Virus record (IMG/VR): IMGVR_UViG_3300017747_003155
Location: 1 to 63,337 of that record
Direction: 5' to 3' (one strand)
DNA from: a virus
Taxonomy: Duplodnaviria > Caudoviricetes
DNA length: 63,337 nucleotides
Position numbers and translations under genes: made by a program. Below, in pieces: positions 9,673-19,065 of this stretch; position 1 is the stretch's first letter; every line of letters begins with the position of its first letter. The notes under the pieces were generated by a model, which saw nothing but the letters and a program-made list of their open reading frames with translations, did not search any database and was not told the DNA's origin.

Positions 9673-10320
9673 ATGAAGATCGAACAAGTCCCACTGACCA
9701 GCATCCGGCCTCACCCGCGCAACTACCGCGAACACCCGGATGACCAACTCGACCACCTGAAGCAGTCGATCACCGAGCACGGGATCTACCGCAACATCGT
9801 GGTGTCGTCCGACAACTACATCCTCGCAGGCCACGGCGTCACGAAAGCCTGCACGGCACTCGGGATGACGGAAGTCCCCATCATCAGGATCGACGTACCC
9901 CACACGGACCCGAAAGCCCTCAAGCTGCTCGCGGCCGACAACGAACTGTCGAACCTCGCCGTCATCGACGACCGCGCCCTCACGGAACTCCTGAAGGAAA
10001 TCAAGGACACCGACCTCGACGGTCTGCTCGGCACCGGGTTCGATGAATCGATGCTCGCCAGTCTGGTGATGGTGACCCGCCCAGCATCCGAAATCGGAGG
10101 CATCGACGCCGCACGCGAATGGGTCGGCGCAGGAATGCCAGCCCACGACCCGGCAGAGAAGCGAGTCGTCCTGTCGGTATTCTTCACCAGTGAGGAAGAC
10201 CGCGCCAAATTCGTCGAGGAATTCAAGATCCCCCCGATCCTCACCAAGCGCCAATCCGTCTGGTCAACCTACTGGCCAGAACGAACCCGCGATGACCAGT
10301 CCAGCGTCCGCTTCGAATGA
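9673..10320 (+). CDS. ParB-like N-terminal domain protein
   Basis: 'PHPRNYREH...SITEHG...ILAGHG...LAADNELS'. Confidence 0.85.
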   Translation: MKIEQVPLTSIRPHPRNYREHPDDQLDHLKQSITEHGIYRNIVVSSDNYILAGHGVTKACTALGMTEVPIIRIDVPHTDPKALKLLAADNELSNLAVIDDRALTELLKEIKDTDLDGLLGTGFDESMLASLVMVTRPASEIGGIDAAREWVGAGMPAHDPAEKRVVLSVFFTSEEDRAKFVEEFKIPPILTKRQSVWSTYWPERTRDDQSSVRFE

Positions 10321-11213
10321 AACCACTCGCCCCACGCTACCCGGTCTATTGCATCTCCAAGGGCCGATCGGATTGCTGCCTCACCGCACAATTCCTCACC
10401 GCCGACAAAGTGGACTTCACCCTCGTGGTCGAGCCACAGGAACTCGAACTCTACGCGGCCCACTTCCCACGCGAAAGGATCGCGGTCCTGCCATTCAGCA
10501 ACCTCGGGCTCGGGTCCATCCCCGCCCGCAACTGGTGCTGGGAAGACGCCAAGGCCAAGGGCCACAAACGCCATTGGATCCTCGACGACAACATCCGGTG
10601 GGTCAGGCGCCTCTACCGCGGCAAACGCCTCCAGTGCAATTCCAAGTACGGCTTCACGGCCATCGAAGACTTCACCGACCGTTACGAGAACATCGGGATC
10701 GCAGGGATGAATTACACGATGTTCGTCCTGAACGACACCCCGACCCCGTTCTACCATAACTGCCACGTCTACTCCTGCCTGCTGATCGACAATGACCTCC
10801 CGTACCGCTGGCGCGGCCGATACAACGAGGACACCGACCTCTGCCTCCAAGTCCTGTCGGGCGGCTACTGCACCGTCCTCGTCAACACCTTCATGATCGA
10901 GAAAATGCGGACCATGACCATGAAGGGCGGGAACTCAGACCAACTCTACCAAGGCGACGGCCGCCTCAGGATGGCCCGGTCGCTCGAACGAGTCTGGCCA
11001 CACGTGGTTTCGGTCGACCGCCGCTTCCAACGCCCCCAGCATGTCGTCCGCGACTCATGGCGGAAATTCGACACCCCACTCAAGCTCAAACCCGGGATGC
11101 CGATCCACACCGAACCGGACGACCGCGGGATGAAGTTGGTGATGGTGAAGCCACCGAAGTCGAAATACATGCAGCAACTTCTGAACGAATTCCCGGCCGA
11201 CCCGCCTACGTGA
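10317..11213 (+). CDS. GT-A fold glycosyltransferase (GREB1/TET-associated type), putative DNA base modification
   Basis: 'YPVYCISKGR...VVEPQE...ARN...HWILDDNI...YSCLLI...WRGRYNEDTDLCLQ...TMKGGN'. Confidence 0.75.
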   Translation: MKPLAPRYPVYCISKGRSDCCLTAQFLTADKVDFTLVVEPQELELYAAHFPRERIAVLPFSNLGLGSIPARNWCWEDAKAKGHKRHWILDDNIRWVRRLYRGKRLQCNSKYGFTAIEDFTDRYENIGIAGMNYTMFVLNDTPTPFYHNCHVYSCLLIDNDLPYRWRGRYNEDTDLCLQVLSGGYCTVLVNTFMIEKMRTMTMKGGNSDQLYQGDGRLRMARSLERVWPHVVSVDRRFQRPQHVVRDSWRKFDTPLKLKPGMPIHTEPDDRGMKLVMVKPPKSKYMQQLLNEFPADPPT

Positions 11214-11265
11214 CATCCGCCCCCTGAGTGGTAAAGTCCCCAACCGACCCAATGATCAACCCAGC

Positions 11266-11874
11266 ATGAGCACCCCTCGCAACGCAACTCAGAAAGCCGA
11301 AGACGTCGCCTTCATCGCCAACCTGCGCCTTCGGCGTGTGACCTACAAGGACTGCCTCGAACTCATGAACGCGCGGCCGCACCGCGAGCCGATGTCGTGG
11401 GCATCGGTCCGGCGGATCGCCAAGGAGGCCGAGGACATGTGGAAGAAGGATGCGATCGCCGCCATCGAGACCGGGAAGGCGGAAATGCTGGCCGAGATCG
11501 AGTTGGTCCGGCAGGAGGCATGGGCGCTGTACGAGGAATCCAAAAAGTCGAAGACCGTGAAGCGTGCCGAGAAGGCCGGTGCCGGCGACGGCCGCGAAGG
11601 ATCGACAAAGCAGATCGTGACCGTCGAGGAACGGCTGGGAGACGTCAATGCGCTGAAGCTGGTGCTGGAAGCCCAAGAGCGGAAGGCGAAATTGCTCGGG
11701 CTGGACGCTGCCCAGAAGCAGGAACTGTCGGGCCCCGGAGGCACCCCGTTGGGCATCGGCACCCCGAAACTCACCGTCATCGTCAACACGCCCGTCGACG
11801 ATCGACCGTGGCATGAGAAGGTGGCGGCCGTCACTGGCCGGCGCATCGACCCCATCCCCGAACTCGAAGGCTGA
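11266..11874 (+). CDS. terS: Terminase small subunit
   Basis: Helical/HTH protein ending in the typical 'KLLGLDA.QKQELSGPGG.PL'; overlaps the TerL start. Confidence 0.75.
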   Translation: MSTPRNATQKAEDVAFIANLRLRRVTYKDCLELMNARPHREPMSWASVRRIAKEAEDMWKKDAIAAIETGKAEMLAEIELVRQEAWALYEESKKSKTVKRAEKAGAGDGREGSTKQIVTVEERLGDVNALKLVLEAQERKAKLLGLDAAQKQELSGPGGTPLGIGTPKLTVIVNTPVDDRPWHEKVAAVTGRRIDPIPELEG

Positions 11875-13277
11875 TGGCGGAACCGGGCGAAATCGTTCTC
11901 CAGTTGCACCCCAAGCAAAAGCTCGCGCTGGAATGCCCGGCGGACGAGGTTGTGTATGGGGGCGCGGCCGGCGGTGGCAAGTCCGGCCTGATGCGGGCGG
12001 CCAGCGTGGACTGGTGCATGAAGGTGCCCGGCCTGCAGGTCTATCTGTTCCGCCGCAACCGGATCGACCTCATCAAAAACCACTTCCAGTCGAGTTGGTC
12101 CTACCGGGACATCCTCGCCCCCCTGATCGCGACCGGCCACGCCCGGATCGTCCTGTCCAACAACCAGATTCGATTCTGGAACGGCAGCGTGATCCACCTG
12201 TGCTTCTGGCAGCGGGAGGAAGACCGGACCCGATACCAAGGTGCGGACATCCACGTTCTGCTGATCGACGAACTCACCCACTTCAAGGAGTCAGAATACC
12301 GGTTCCTACGCGGTCGTCTGCGCTTGGGTGGGTTGCCCATACCCCCCGGCCTCAAAACGCGCTTCCCGCGCGTCCTGTGCGGAACAAACCCCGGTGGCGT
12401 GGGGCATGTCTGGGTCAAAGAAGGCTGGGTCGACAAAGGCGAGTTCGTGGTCGAGCGCATGGACAAGACCGAAGGCGGGATGCTGCGCTGCTTCATCCCC
12501 GCCCGGACGGACGACAACCCGACGCTCGATGCCGACTATGAGGACAAGCTGTCCGGCCTCGGCGACCCCCTGTTGGTTCGAGCGATGCTCGACGGCGACT
12601 GGGAGATTGTGGCTGGATCGATGTTCGGGTCAACGTGGCGCCGCGAACTCCACACCTGCGACCCGTTCCCGATCCCGGCCGACTGGTCCATCTGGCGCGG
12701 GGCCGACGATGGCTTCGCAGATCCGCACGCCGTCGTCTGGATCACCAAGGACCCGAAGACCGGCACCCACTACATCATCGACGAACTCTACCGCTCCGGA
12801 ATGCTCCCCGAGGATGTCGCCCGCAAGACCAAGCAGATCGACGCTCAGATCACCCGGGAAAGCCCGGAAGGCCCGGTGCCGAACCATCAGGCTATCACGG
12901 GAATCCTCGACTCAGCGGCATTCGGGGACACCGGCACGGGCATCCCGCGCGGCGTGGCCTTCAACAAGCTGGGCCTGTACTATCGCCCCTGCATCAAGTG
13001 GCAGGGATGCCGGGCGGCCTACGCACAGCACTTCCATCGCCTCATGGCCCCGAACCCCAAGACCCCGATCGCGGGCCAGCCGGGGAAATTCTGGCCGTCC
13101 ATTCGGGTGTTCCGAAACTGCAAGGAATTCATCAAGCGGGTCCCGAACCTCCCGCGTGACGAACGCGACCCCGAGGTCATCGACGATGACGCCGAAGACC
13201 ACATTTTTGACGCCGCGGCCTACGGTCTGATGTGGAAGACAAACGAGTTTCGGCGCGCCTCGAAGACGGGCCTCTGA
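11874..13277 (+). CDS. terL: Terminase large subunit
   Basis: 'YGGAAGGGKS', 'LLIDELTHF', 'TNPGGVGH.WVK', 'DNPTL', nuclease 'GADDG', 'DHIFDA..Y'. Confidence 0.95.
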   Translation: MAEPGEIVLQLHPKQKLALECPADEVVYGGAAGGGKSGLMRAASVDWCMKVPGLQVYLFRRNRIDLIKNHFQSSWSYRDILAPLIATGHARIVLSNNQIRFWNGSVIHLCFWQREEDRTRYQGADIHVLLIDELTHFKESEYRFLRGRLRLGGLPIPPGLKTRFPRVLCGTNPGGVGHVWVKEGWVDKGEFVVERMDKTEGGMLRCFIPARTDDNPTLDADYEDKLSGLGDPLLVRAMLDGDWEIVAGSMFGSTWRRELHTCDPFPIPADWSIWRGADDGFADPHAVVWITKDPKTGTHYIIDELYRSGMLPEDVARKTKQIDAQITRESPEGPVPNHQAITGILDSAAFGDTGTGIPRGVAFNKLGLYYRPCIKWQGCRAAYAQHFHRLMAPNPKTPIAGQPGKFWPSIRVFRNCKEFIKRVPNLPRDERDPEVIDDDAEDHIFDAAAYGLMWKTNEFRRASKTGL

Positions 13278-13341
13278 AATCAATGACCGAGAATTATTTT
13301 TTCGCGTCCGAGTTTCGCCAAATCGAGAACGCCACTCGATT

Positions 13342-13373
13342 CTCGGGTCGGGGTCAAAAGAACCCGACCCGAA
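13342..13373. repeat. 32-bp palindrome H2
   Basis: CTCGGGTCGGGGTCAAAAGAACCCGACCCGAA. Confidence 0.9.
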
Positions 13374-13390
13374 GCCTGCCCGACAAAAGA

Positions 13391-13450
13391 TTGCAGAAAA
13401 TGCGCAACTATTGTTTACAGCGTTGCGCAAATCGGGTATAGTTCACCTAC
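13391..13450 (+). promoter_or_regulatory. Operator-bearing sigma70-like promoter P1
   Basis: TTTACA(13414)-N17-TATAGT(13437); TTGCGCAA in the spacer, TGCGCAA upstream. Confidence 0.85.
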
Positions 13451-13465
13451 CAACCCAACGAATCC

Positions 13466-13759
13466 ATGAAGACCACGATCCTGACCTTTACCCGCGCCCA
13501 ATTCGACTCCCTGCGCGACATGATCCTCACCAACGGCAAACCCGCCTACGACGAAGCCAACCAAGGCGATTGCGAGAATGGCCCGGAGGCGCCCGACTAC
13601 CTCGGCCACCAGTACAACGAAATGACCGCGTGGACCGACACCGACGACATCATCGAAATCTGCGCCACGGTCGCCGGCAAACCCGAGATCCTGTTCATCG
13701 TCCATCCTGATTCCGACCCAGCGATCGTCGCCGAAATCCAGAACGGCCCACAATTCTAA
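13466..13759 (+). CDS. Hypothetical acidic protein (first gene after P1)
   Basis: Start motif CCAACGAATCCATG; typical codon usage. Confidence 0.7.
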   Translation: MKTTILTFTRAQFDSLRDMILTNGKPAYDEANQGDCENGPEAPDYLGHQYNEMTAWTDTDDIIEICATVAGKPEILFIVHPDSDPAIVAEIQNGPQF

Positions 13760-13785
13760 CCGCCCACCACCAACCCACCGCACCT

Positions 13786-14250
13786 ATGAAAACCACCGCC
13801 ATCGCGATCCTCAGCATCATCGTGACCGCTCAGTCAGTCTGGATCGCTCACCTCGAAATCAGCATTCAGGGAACGTCCCCGACGATTTTCGTGCGAAGCA
13901 ATCCTGCACCCGCTGCACCCGCTGCACCCGCTGCACCCGTCGCAATACCCGCCGCCCTGCTGCGACCCAGCACCGAGGAAGAACAACAGCTACTCCCCCG
14001 GCTCGAAGAAGGCCAAGGCGACGGCGAGAAGGACTTCGACTTCCCGCTCCCGACCGAACCCCCGTTCGGGTCCGCGGACAGCAAACTGATCCCCCAGCCG
14101 GCCGACCCGGTGCCGATCGCATCCGCTGCACCCGCGAAACCGAAAGCCAAAAAGGCCCCGGTCGCGAAGAAGCCCGCCGCCAAGCCCGCGCGCATCCTCG
14201 CGAAGACGACCGCGAAGCCGAAACCGAAGGCCAAGCCCAAGGCAAAATAA
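13786..14250 (+). CDS. Membrane-anchored or exported Pro/Ala-rich protein with Lys/Ala/Pro-rich tail
   Basis: Hydrophobic N-terminus, PAAPAAPAAP, C-terminal KPKAKKAPVAKKPAAK. Confidence 0.7.
   Translation: MKTTAIAILSIIVTAQSVWIAHLEISIQGTSPTIFVRSNPAPAAPAAPAAPVAIPAALLRPSTEEEQQLLPRLEEGQGDGEKDFDFPLPTEPPFGSADSKLIPQPADPVPIASAAPAKPKAKKAPVAKKPAAKPARILAKTTAKPKPKAKPKAK
13904..13939 (+). repeat. Tandem repeat (CTGCACCCG) x4, coding PAA units
   Basis: Four exact 9-mers. Confidence 0.9.
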
Positions 14251-14310
14251 TTGATCAAAATGCGCAACTTGTGTTTACAGGTTGCGCATTTTGTGGTAGT
14301 ATGCACCTAC
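14251..14310 (+). promoter_or_regulatory. Operator-bearing promoter P2
   Basis: TTTACA(14274)-N17-TAGTAT(14297) with extended -10 TG; TTGATCAA, TGCGCAA and TTGCGCA boxes. Confidence 0.85.
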
Positions 14311-14329
14311 CAACCAATCCACCGAATCC

Positions 14330-14491
14330 ATGAAAACCGTCCAAGACACCCTGCTCGAAACCATCTCCAAAATCAACGAGTGCATCAAGTCCGACCCGAA
14401 CGCTCTGGTCTGCACCATGGAGGGTGAAGTTTCCCCCGAGCGCGCCTACTGCGAACTGATCCAAAAGCTGGTCGCGGCCGCCACCCTGTAA
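14330..14491 (+). CDS. Small hypothetical protein, 53 aa (first gene after P2)
   Basis: MKTVQDTLLETISKINECIK...; start motif CCACCGAATCCATG; below the ORF-track cutoff. Confidence 0.65.
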   Translation: MKTVQDTLLETISKINECIKSDPNALVCTMEGEVSPERAYCELIQKLVAAATL

Positions 14492-14517
14492 CCGTCCACC
14501 CCGAACCCACTGCATCC

Positions 14518-15216
14518 ATGTCCACCGAATCCAAACTCCACCCATTCGAAGCCGCCGGCATGGGCCACGGCCCCTACCGCTTCAACGGCGTGTTCGACCT
14601 CGCGGAAGCGATGAACCCCGACTCTGCCGCGAACTTCGGCAACATGCGCGGTGGGCTGAAAGACGCCCCCAACCTGAAGGCCGGCATGGGAACATGCGCC
14701 TGCTGCGGCCACGCCATCATGGTCATCTGCATCGTCGAGGACGGCGCTGGAGACCTCTGGGGTGTCGGGTCCGACTGTGTCCTCAAGACCGAGGAAAAGG
14801 CGCTCTGCGACAAAGCGAAGATCGCGGTGGCGGCACGCCGGAAGCAACTGAACCGCCAGAAGGCGCAGGCCAAGCGCCTCGCCCAACAGGAACGCTGGAA
14901 CAATGCCCCGTCGACCGACTCGCGGGCGCTGCCGGGTGAAACCAACGGCGCATTCACGATCCGCCTTCGCGAACTCCAGAACGCCGAATGGGCCAAGCAG
15001 GAAGCCGCCCGGCAGGAATGGATCGCCCGCCACAAGGTCGTGTTCGACGCCTTGCTGGAAGCCCTGCGGTGCGGCGACCACTTCGCTGGCGCGATGAACG
15101 AGGTCCTGACCAACGGTCCGATGACCGAACGCCAAGCCGATTGCACCGCCAAGTACCTCTACCGCCGCGGCACCCCGGAACACGCCGCCCTCGCCCAAAC
15201 CCTCTGCACCCGATGA
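14518..15216 (+). CDS. Hypothetical Zn-binding protein
   Basis: 'GTCACCGHAI...VGSDCV' motif common in phage early genes. Confidence 0.7.
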   Translation: MSTESKLHPFEAAGMGHGPYRFNGVFDLAEAMNPDSAANFGNMRGGLKDAPNLKAGMGTCACCGHAIMVICIVEDGAGDLWGVGSDCVLKTEEKALCDKAKIAVAARRKQLNRQKAQAKRLAQQERWNNAPSTDSRALPGETNGAFTIRLRELQNAEWAKQEAARQEWIARHKVVFDALLEALRCGDHFAGAMNEVLTNGPMTERQADCTAKYLYRRGTPEHAALAQTLCTR

Positions 15217-15458
15217 ACGCCCGCACCGAAACCACCGTCCAACACATCGGCGTCCAGAATGGCTTCGATGGCGAGAAATTCGACCTCTACAACGTGGTGG
15301 CGCCCGGCTGGCGGGCGAACGGCACCACGATCATGCTGCGGCAGGGAGCGCCACCTGAAGTCGTGCTCGAAGCCGCGGTCCAGAAGGTCGTGATGGTCGA
15401 GCAACAATCTGCACAGATTTGCGCAAAAATGATGGACAGATTGCGCAAAGTCGGATAG
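15213..15458 (+). CDS. Hypothetical protein
   Basis: ATGA-coupled ORF. Confidence 0.55.
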   Translation: MNARTETTVQHIGVQNGFDGEKFDLYNVVAPGWRANGTTIMLRQGAPPEVVLEAAVQKVVMVEQQSAQICAKMMDRLRKVG

Positions 15459-15470
15459 GATCGTCCTACC
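15409..15470 (+). promoter_or_regulatory. Operator-bearing promoter P3 (overlaps the 3' end of a CDS)
   Basis: TGGACA(15433)-N17-TAGGAT(15456); two TTGCGCAA boxes. Confidence 0.8.
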
Positions 15471-15494
15471 TCCCCCAACCAATCCAACGTACCC

Positions 15495-15995
15495 ATGAAA
15501 ATGAAATCCACGCCCTACCAAGTCGCTTCCCTCCTGCTCGAATTCGCCGCCCAGTATGGCGGGATGTTCGGGATGCCTGAACTCAGCAACACCCCGGCCG
15601 CCAGCGCGGTCCCCGACACGATCGGCGAAACCAGCCGGTGCAGCGCCCAGTGGAACGTCCGCCCGACCGGCCAGATGGCCGCCATGTGCCGCACCCTGAA
15701 GGTCGAAATCCTCCTGTACACGCAGGAAGCCCAAGTGACCGAATGGACCTCGCGCAAGCTGATGGTCGCCCGCGTCCGCCTCCGGTATGACCACAAGCTC
15801 GGCGGGTCGAACGGCTATGACATGGAGTACATCCTGCGCTGCGACAAGGGTGACGATGACGAACCGTATGAACTGCTCGACTTCGTGACCAAGGACACCT
15901 TCGGGGCGATCCAGCAAGACGCCTACGCGAACGTCCGCGAGATCGAAAAGAAACGCGCCGCGGCTTTGGTCCCTCCTGCCGTCGCGACCGAGTAA
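15495..15995 (+). CDS. Hypothetical protein (first gene after P3)
   Basis: Start motif CCAACGTACCCATG. Confidence 0.7.
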   Translation: MKMKSTPYQVASLLLEFAAQYGGMFGMPELSNTPAASAVPDTIGETSRCSAQWNVRPTGQMAAMCRTLKVEILLYTQEAQVTEWTSRKLMVARVRLRYDHKLGGSNGYDMEYILRCDKGDDDEPYELLDFVTKDTFGAIQQDAYANVREIEKKRAAALVPPAVATE

Positions 15996-16050
15996 CCGAT
16001 CGAACCACCCGGGCGGGTCCGACCCCCGCCCTACAACCCATCCTCACGCC

Positions 16051-16290
16051 ATGCCCGACGCCACAAAGATCCAAGTCCACCGGTTCCATGATCGAGTCGC
16101 GGTTTCGTTCTCGCCGTTCCGCCCGGACCTCCCGACCTACTACATCACGACCAAAATGGCGGACGAATTGGTCACCGCCTTGCAGTCCTGCATGAATGAC
16201 ATCAAGGCCGCGTCATTCGATCGCAGTCGATTTCCCACCACGATGATCGACCCGAACGAAGATCCCCGCGATGTCTATGGACGTCCTTGA
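16051..16290 (+). CDS. Hypothetical protein
   Basis: ORF with C-rich leader. Confidence 0.6.
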   Translation: MPDATKIQVHRFHDRVAVSFSPFRPDLPTYYITTKMADELVTALQSCMNDIKAASFDRSRFPTTMIDPNEDPRDVYGRP

Positions 16291-16315
16291 ACATCATGGA
16301 ACGTCCTGAGACAAT

Positions 16316-16366
16316 TTGATCAAAAGTTGTTTACAGGTTGCGCAAAATGCGATAGGATCATCCTAC
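16316..16366 (+). promoter_or_regulatory. Operator-bearing promoter P4
   Basis: TTTACA(16330)-N17-TAGGAT(16353); TTGATCAA and TTGCGCAA. Confidence 0.85.
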
Positions 16367-16395
16367 CCTCCAAAAAACACCAATCCAACGTAACC

Positions 16396-16773
16396 ATGAA
16401 CTCGACCGCACTTCAAGCTGGCACCCAAACAGGCTCACTCATCAATCATCTGATGAGCGGATCAAAACTCATCACCCCCGAAATTGGCATGGGCTGCACC
16501 ATGCTCGGTTGGACCGATCGACACGCTGCGACAATCGTCGAAGTGAAACGCGACGGTAAGCTGATCGGGATCAAGCAAGACATCGCGACTCGGACCGACG
16601 ACAACGGCATGTCCGACTCCCAATCGTATGAATTCACACCAAACCCCGAGGCTGGCGTCCAGTGGTACAGCTTCCGGCCCAAGGTCAACGCCTTCGTGCG
16701 AGTAGGTGATTCGGTGCGCGGTGCTCGCCTGCTGGTCGGCCATCGTGAAGAATACTACGACTATTCATTCTAA
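16396..16773 (+). CDS. Conserved phage hypothetical protein (first gene after P4)
   Basis: 'PEIGMGCT...TDRHAATI...GHREEYYDYSF'. Confidence 0.75.
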   Translation: MNSTALQAGTQTGSLINHLMSGSKLITPEIGMGCTMLGWTDRHAATIVEVKRDGKLIGIKQDIATRTDDNGMSDSQSYEFTPNPEAGVQWYSFRPKVNAFVRVGDSVRGARLLVGHREEYYDYSF

Positions 16774-16828
16774 CCATCCACCGGGGCGGGGTTCGACCCT
16801 CCGCCCCACATCCCCCACACCCACACCC

Positions 16829-17050
16829 ATGAAACCATTCTCCATCTGGACCCGCCGCTACACGCCGGCCATCGAAATCAACGAAGTGCGCCACCTCGAA
16901 TACCGCCGCGACCTCATGGCCTTCGGCCGTTGGGTTTGCAGCTTCGACCCCGACCACAAGACAATCCTGATGCGCCCGTACGGAATGCAATCCATGCGGA
17001 CCTACATCGCCGACGGCCACCACACGCTCGACCTGCCATCCTTCTCCTAA
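16829..17050 (+). CDS. Hypothetical protein
   Basis: C-rich leader; typical codon usage. Confidence 0.6.
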   Translation: MKPFSIWTRRYTPAIEINEVRHLEYRRDLMAFGRWVCSFDPDHKTILMRPYGMQSMRTYIADGHHTLDLPSFS

Positions 17051-17073
17051 CATCCCACCACCCCACCATACCC

Positions 17074-17961
17074 ATGAACGTCTGCAATGATCCTATCGCC
17101 GTCGAATTCACCGAAACCCGTGAGGACGGGGCAGGCACGGTTCGCCTGATCGCCTCGACCCTGAAACAGAAGGTCCGGCTTTTCGACCACTTCAAGCTAT
17201 TCAGCATGGAAGACCCCACCCAGATGATCGCGATGGCCGAGGCCTTGCAATCGCCTGAGCCGTATGTCCACGAACTCACTTCGCCGCCAATGAACACGGG
17301 CGAGGAAAAGACCTTCTGTGGTTCGAAGAATAAAGGCTGGTTCCTTGAGACCGTGACGCTTGACCTCGAATGGACTGAGCCATACTTCAAGCTGTTGAAC
17401 CATCGCACCGGCTACGTCGGCACCGGCCTGCTGCCTGACATGGACCTGACCGGCGCGGACGGCTGGCAAAACATCTGCCACACGCACTTCACGAAATCGC
17501 GCCAGATCGTCCAAGGTCATTTCGTCGCCGAGTACGTCGACCAATCAAGCGACTGGGACGGGCGCAAAGCCGCCGATCGCGCTCCGAACGCTTGCCTGCG
17601 GCATGCCAAGTACGATGTCGGGGTCACGCTCCACGAACCCGAATACATCGAATGCGGCAACCTGTTCCGTCGCAACCCGAACTATGCCACCGGCCGCGAG
17701 AAATGGAGCACGGGCGTCCACAGCGAGGAAATCTGGTGGGCCATCTGCGACTGGTGGCTGAATCATCACGCGAACGACACCCAGCGGGCGCTGGTCCAGC
17801 GGTCGCACGAAATCAACAGCAAGAACCACCGCGGCGTGTCCGACCTCCACAACCATCGCGGGTACGGCAACCTCCGGTGGTCATGGCACCACCATGAGGT
17901 CAAGTGGGAAGACTTCCACACCATCACCGAATTCGACTTCGACCAACCCAAGCACTATTAA
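17074..17961 (+). CDS. Hypothetical protein (His/Trp-rich C-terminus)
   Basis: 295-aa ORF with leader CCACCATACCCATG. Confidence 0.7.
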   Translation: MNVCNDPIAVEFTETREDGAGTVRLIASTLKQKVRLFDHFKLFSMEDPTQMIAMAEALQSPEPYVHELTSPPMNTGEEKTFCGSKNKGWFLETVTLDLEWTEPYFKLLNHRTGYVGTGLLPDMDLTGADGWQNICHTHFTKSRQIVQGHFVAEYVDQSSDWDGRKAADRAPNACLRHAKYDVGVTLHEPEYIECGNLFRRNPNYATGREKWSTGVHSEEIWWAICDWWLNHHANDTQRALVQRSHEINSKNHRGVSDLHNHRGYGNLRWSWHHHEVKWEDFHTITEFDFDQPKHY

Positions 17962-18297
17962 ATGAAACCCGCACAAATCACCACCGCCCTCGAAAGCATC
18001 CTCGCCAAAGTCACCGCGCTGCCGTACGAACCCGAAGTCAGCGCGATCCTTCAGACCGCTATCAGTAGGATGAAGCGGATCGAAGAACGCCACGAGGAAG
18101 GCGATCGAGCCATAGCGCGCAAACGCTTGAAGCAAGACCCTGTCGACCGCGAATGGCTCGACGCTGCCAAGACCCTATTCGGTGGCGTGGAGGAAATCGC
18201 TGCCGTCATCGACCGCGCCCCCAAGACCGTCTATGGCTGGTTCCAAGGTCGACCGATCAGCGATCGCCATGTCACGACCATCCGCAAAGCCCTGTAA
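17962..18297 (+). CDS. Cro-like HTH DNA-binding protein (candidate operator repressor)
   Basis: C-terminal 'AKTLFGGVEEIAAVIDRAPKTVYGWFQGRPIS'. Confidence 0.65.
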   Translation: MKPAQITTALESILAKVTALPYEPEVSAILQTAISRMKRIEERHEEGDRAIARKRLKQDPVDREWLDAAKTLFGGVEEIAAVIDRAPKTVYGWFQGRPISDRHVTTIRKAL

Positions 18298-18325
18298 CTT
18301 CACCCCGCACACTCATCCAACTACC

Positions 18326-18718
18326 ATGTCCGAAGACACCATACCCTACGAAACCGTCCAGCCGCCCGAACGCCCGAAGATCGTCCGCAAGCAGATCCCG
18401 CCCCATGTCAAGGCGGCGCTGTCGCTGGAGGTCTTCCCCGTTCGAGGCGACCTGCAAGAACGCCTGACCGAAGACCACATCGCGGTCATCGACGAACTCG
18501 CGAACCGGCACGGCATTCCCTACATGTCGGTCCGCAACTTCCTGCTCAAGCTGGGCTACACGATCCCGTCGAAACACTCGGAGGAATACCGTCAGGCGAT
18601 GCGGCAGAAGCGGGAGCAGGAATCCGGCGTGGTCGAAGACCCACTGGAGCAGATCCAGCGGGACATCGCATGGATCAAGGCGGCGATCGCGAAGCTCATC
18701 CCGCCGGAACAAAATTGA
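18326..18718 (+). CDS. Hypothetical protein, possible HTH
   Basis: 'IDELANRHGIPYMSVRNFL'. Confidence 0.6.
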   Translation: MSEDTIPYETVQPPERPKIVRKQIPPHVKAALSLEVFPVRGDLQERLTEDHIAVIDELANRHGIPYMSVRNFLLKLGYTIPSKHSEEYRQAMRQKREQESGVVEDPLEQIQRDIAWIKAAIAKLIPPEQN

Positions 18719-18765
18719 TCAAAGTTGTTTACAGCTTTGCGCAAATCGGATAGGATCGCTCTACC
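18715..18765 (+). promoter_or_regulatory. Operator-bearing promoter P5
   Basis: TTTACA(18728)-N17-TAGGAT(18751); TTGATCAA and TTGCGCAA. Confidence 0.85.
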
Positions 18766-18779
18766 AACCCACTGCACCC

Positions 18780-19040
18780 ATGATTAAGACCATCCAACGC
18801 AAAGCCCTTGCCGAAACCTTCCCGACCGACCGCGGCGACCTGCCATCGGTCGACGCCTCTGACCTCGGCCTTAAGCCCGGCGAATGGCCGACAACCATTC
18901 GCTTGATCGACTCCGAATCCACCGGGCGGCAATTCGCCACCGGCACGCAGGTCGGGTCCGTGATGGACCACGGCGAACTCACCGGGGTCATCTACTACGC
19001 GTCCGAATGGGCGCTGTCCTTCGTGGTCGTGAACGACTAA
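18780..19040 (+). CDS. Hypothetical protein (first gene after P5)
   Basis: Start motif CCACTGCACCCATG; 'DASDLG...VVVND'. Confidence 0.7.
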   Translation: MIKTIQRKALAETFPTDRGDLPSVDASDLGLKPGEWPTTIRLIDSESTGRQFATGTQVGSVMDHGELTGVIYYASEWALSFVVVND

Positions 19041-19065
19041 CCGAACCCTTCACTCCACCGCACCC

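Noticed and set aside
16011-16807. Hairpins at about 16011 (GGGCGGG...CCCGCCC) and 16783 (GGGGCGG...CCGCCCC) as more copies of the 32-bp palindrome
   Set aside because: Different arm sequence and no AAAA core; more likely ordinary intergenic stem-loops without U-tracts.
13391-18765. Promoter repeats as a CRISPR array or integron attC sites
   Set aside because: Spacing is 0.9-2.4 kb and irregular, the repeats are degenerate and match -35/-10 geometry, and there is no cas or integron integrase gene.
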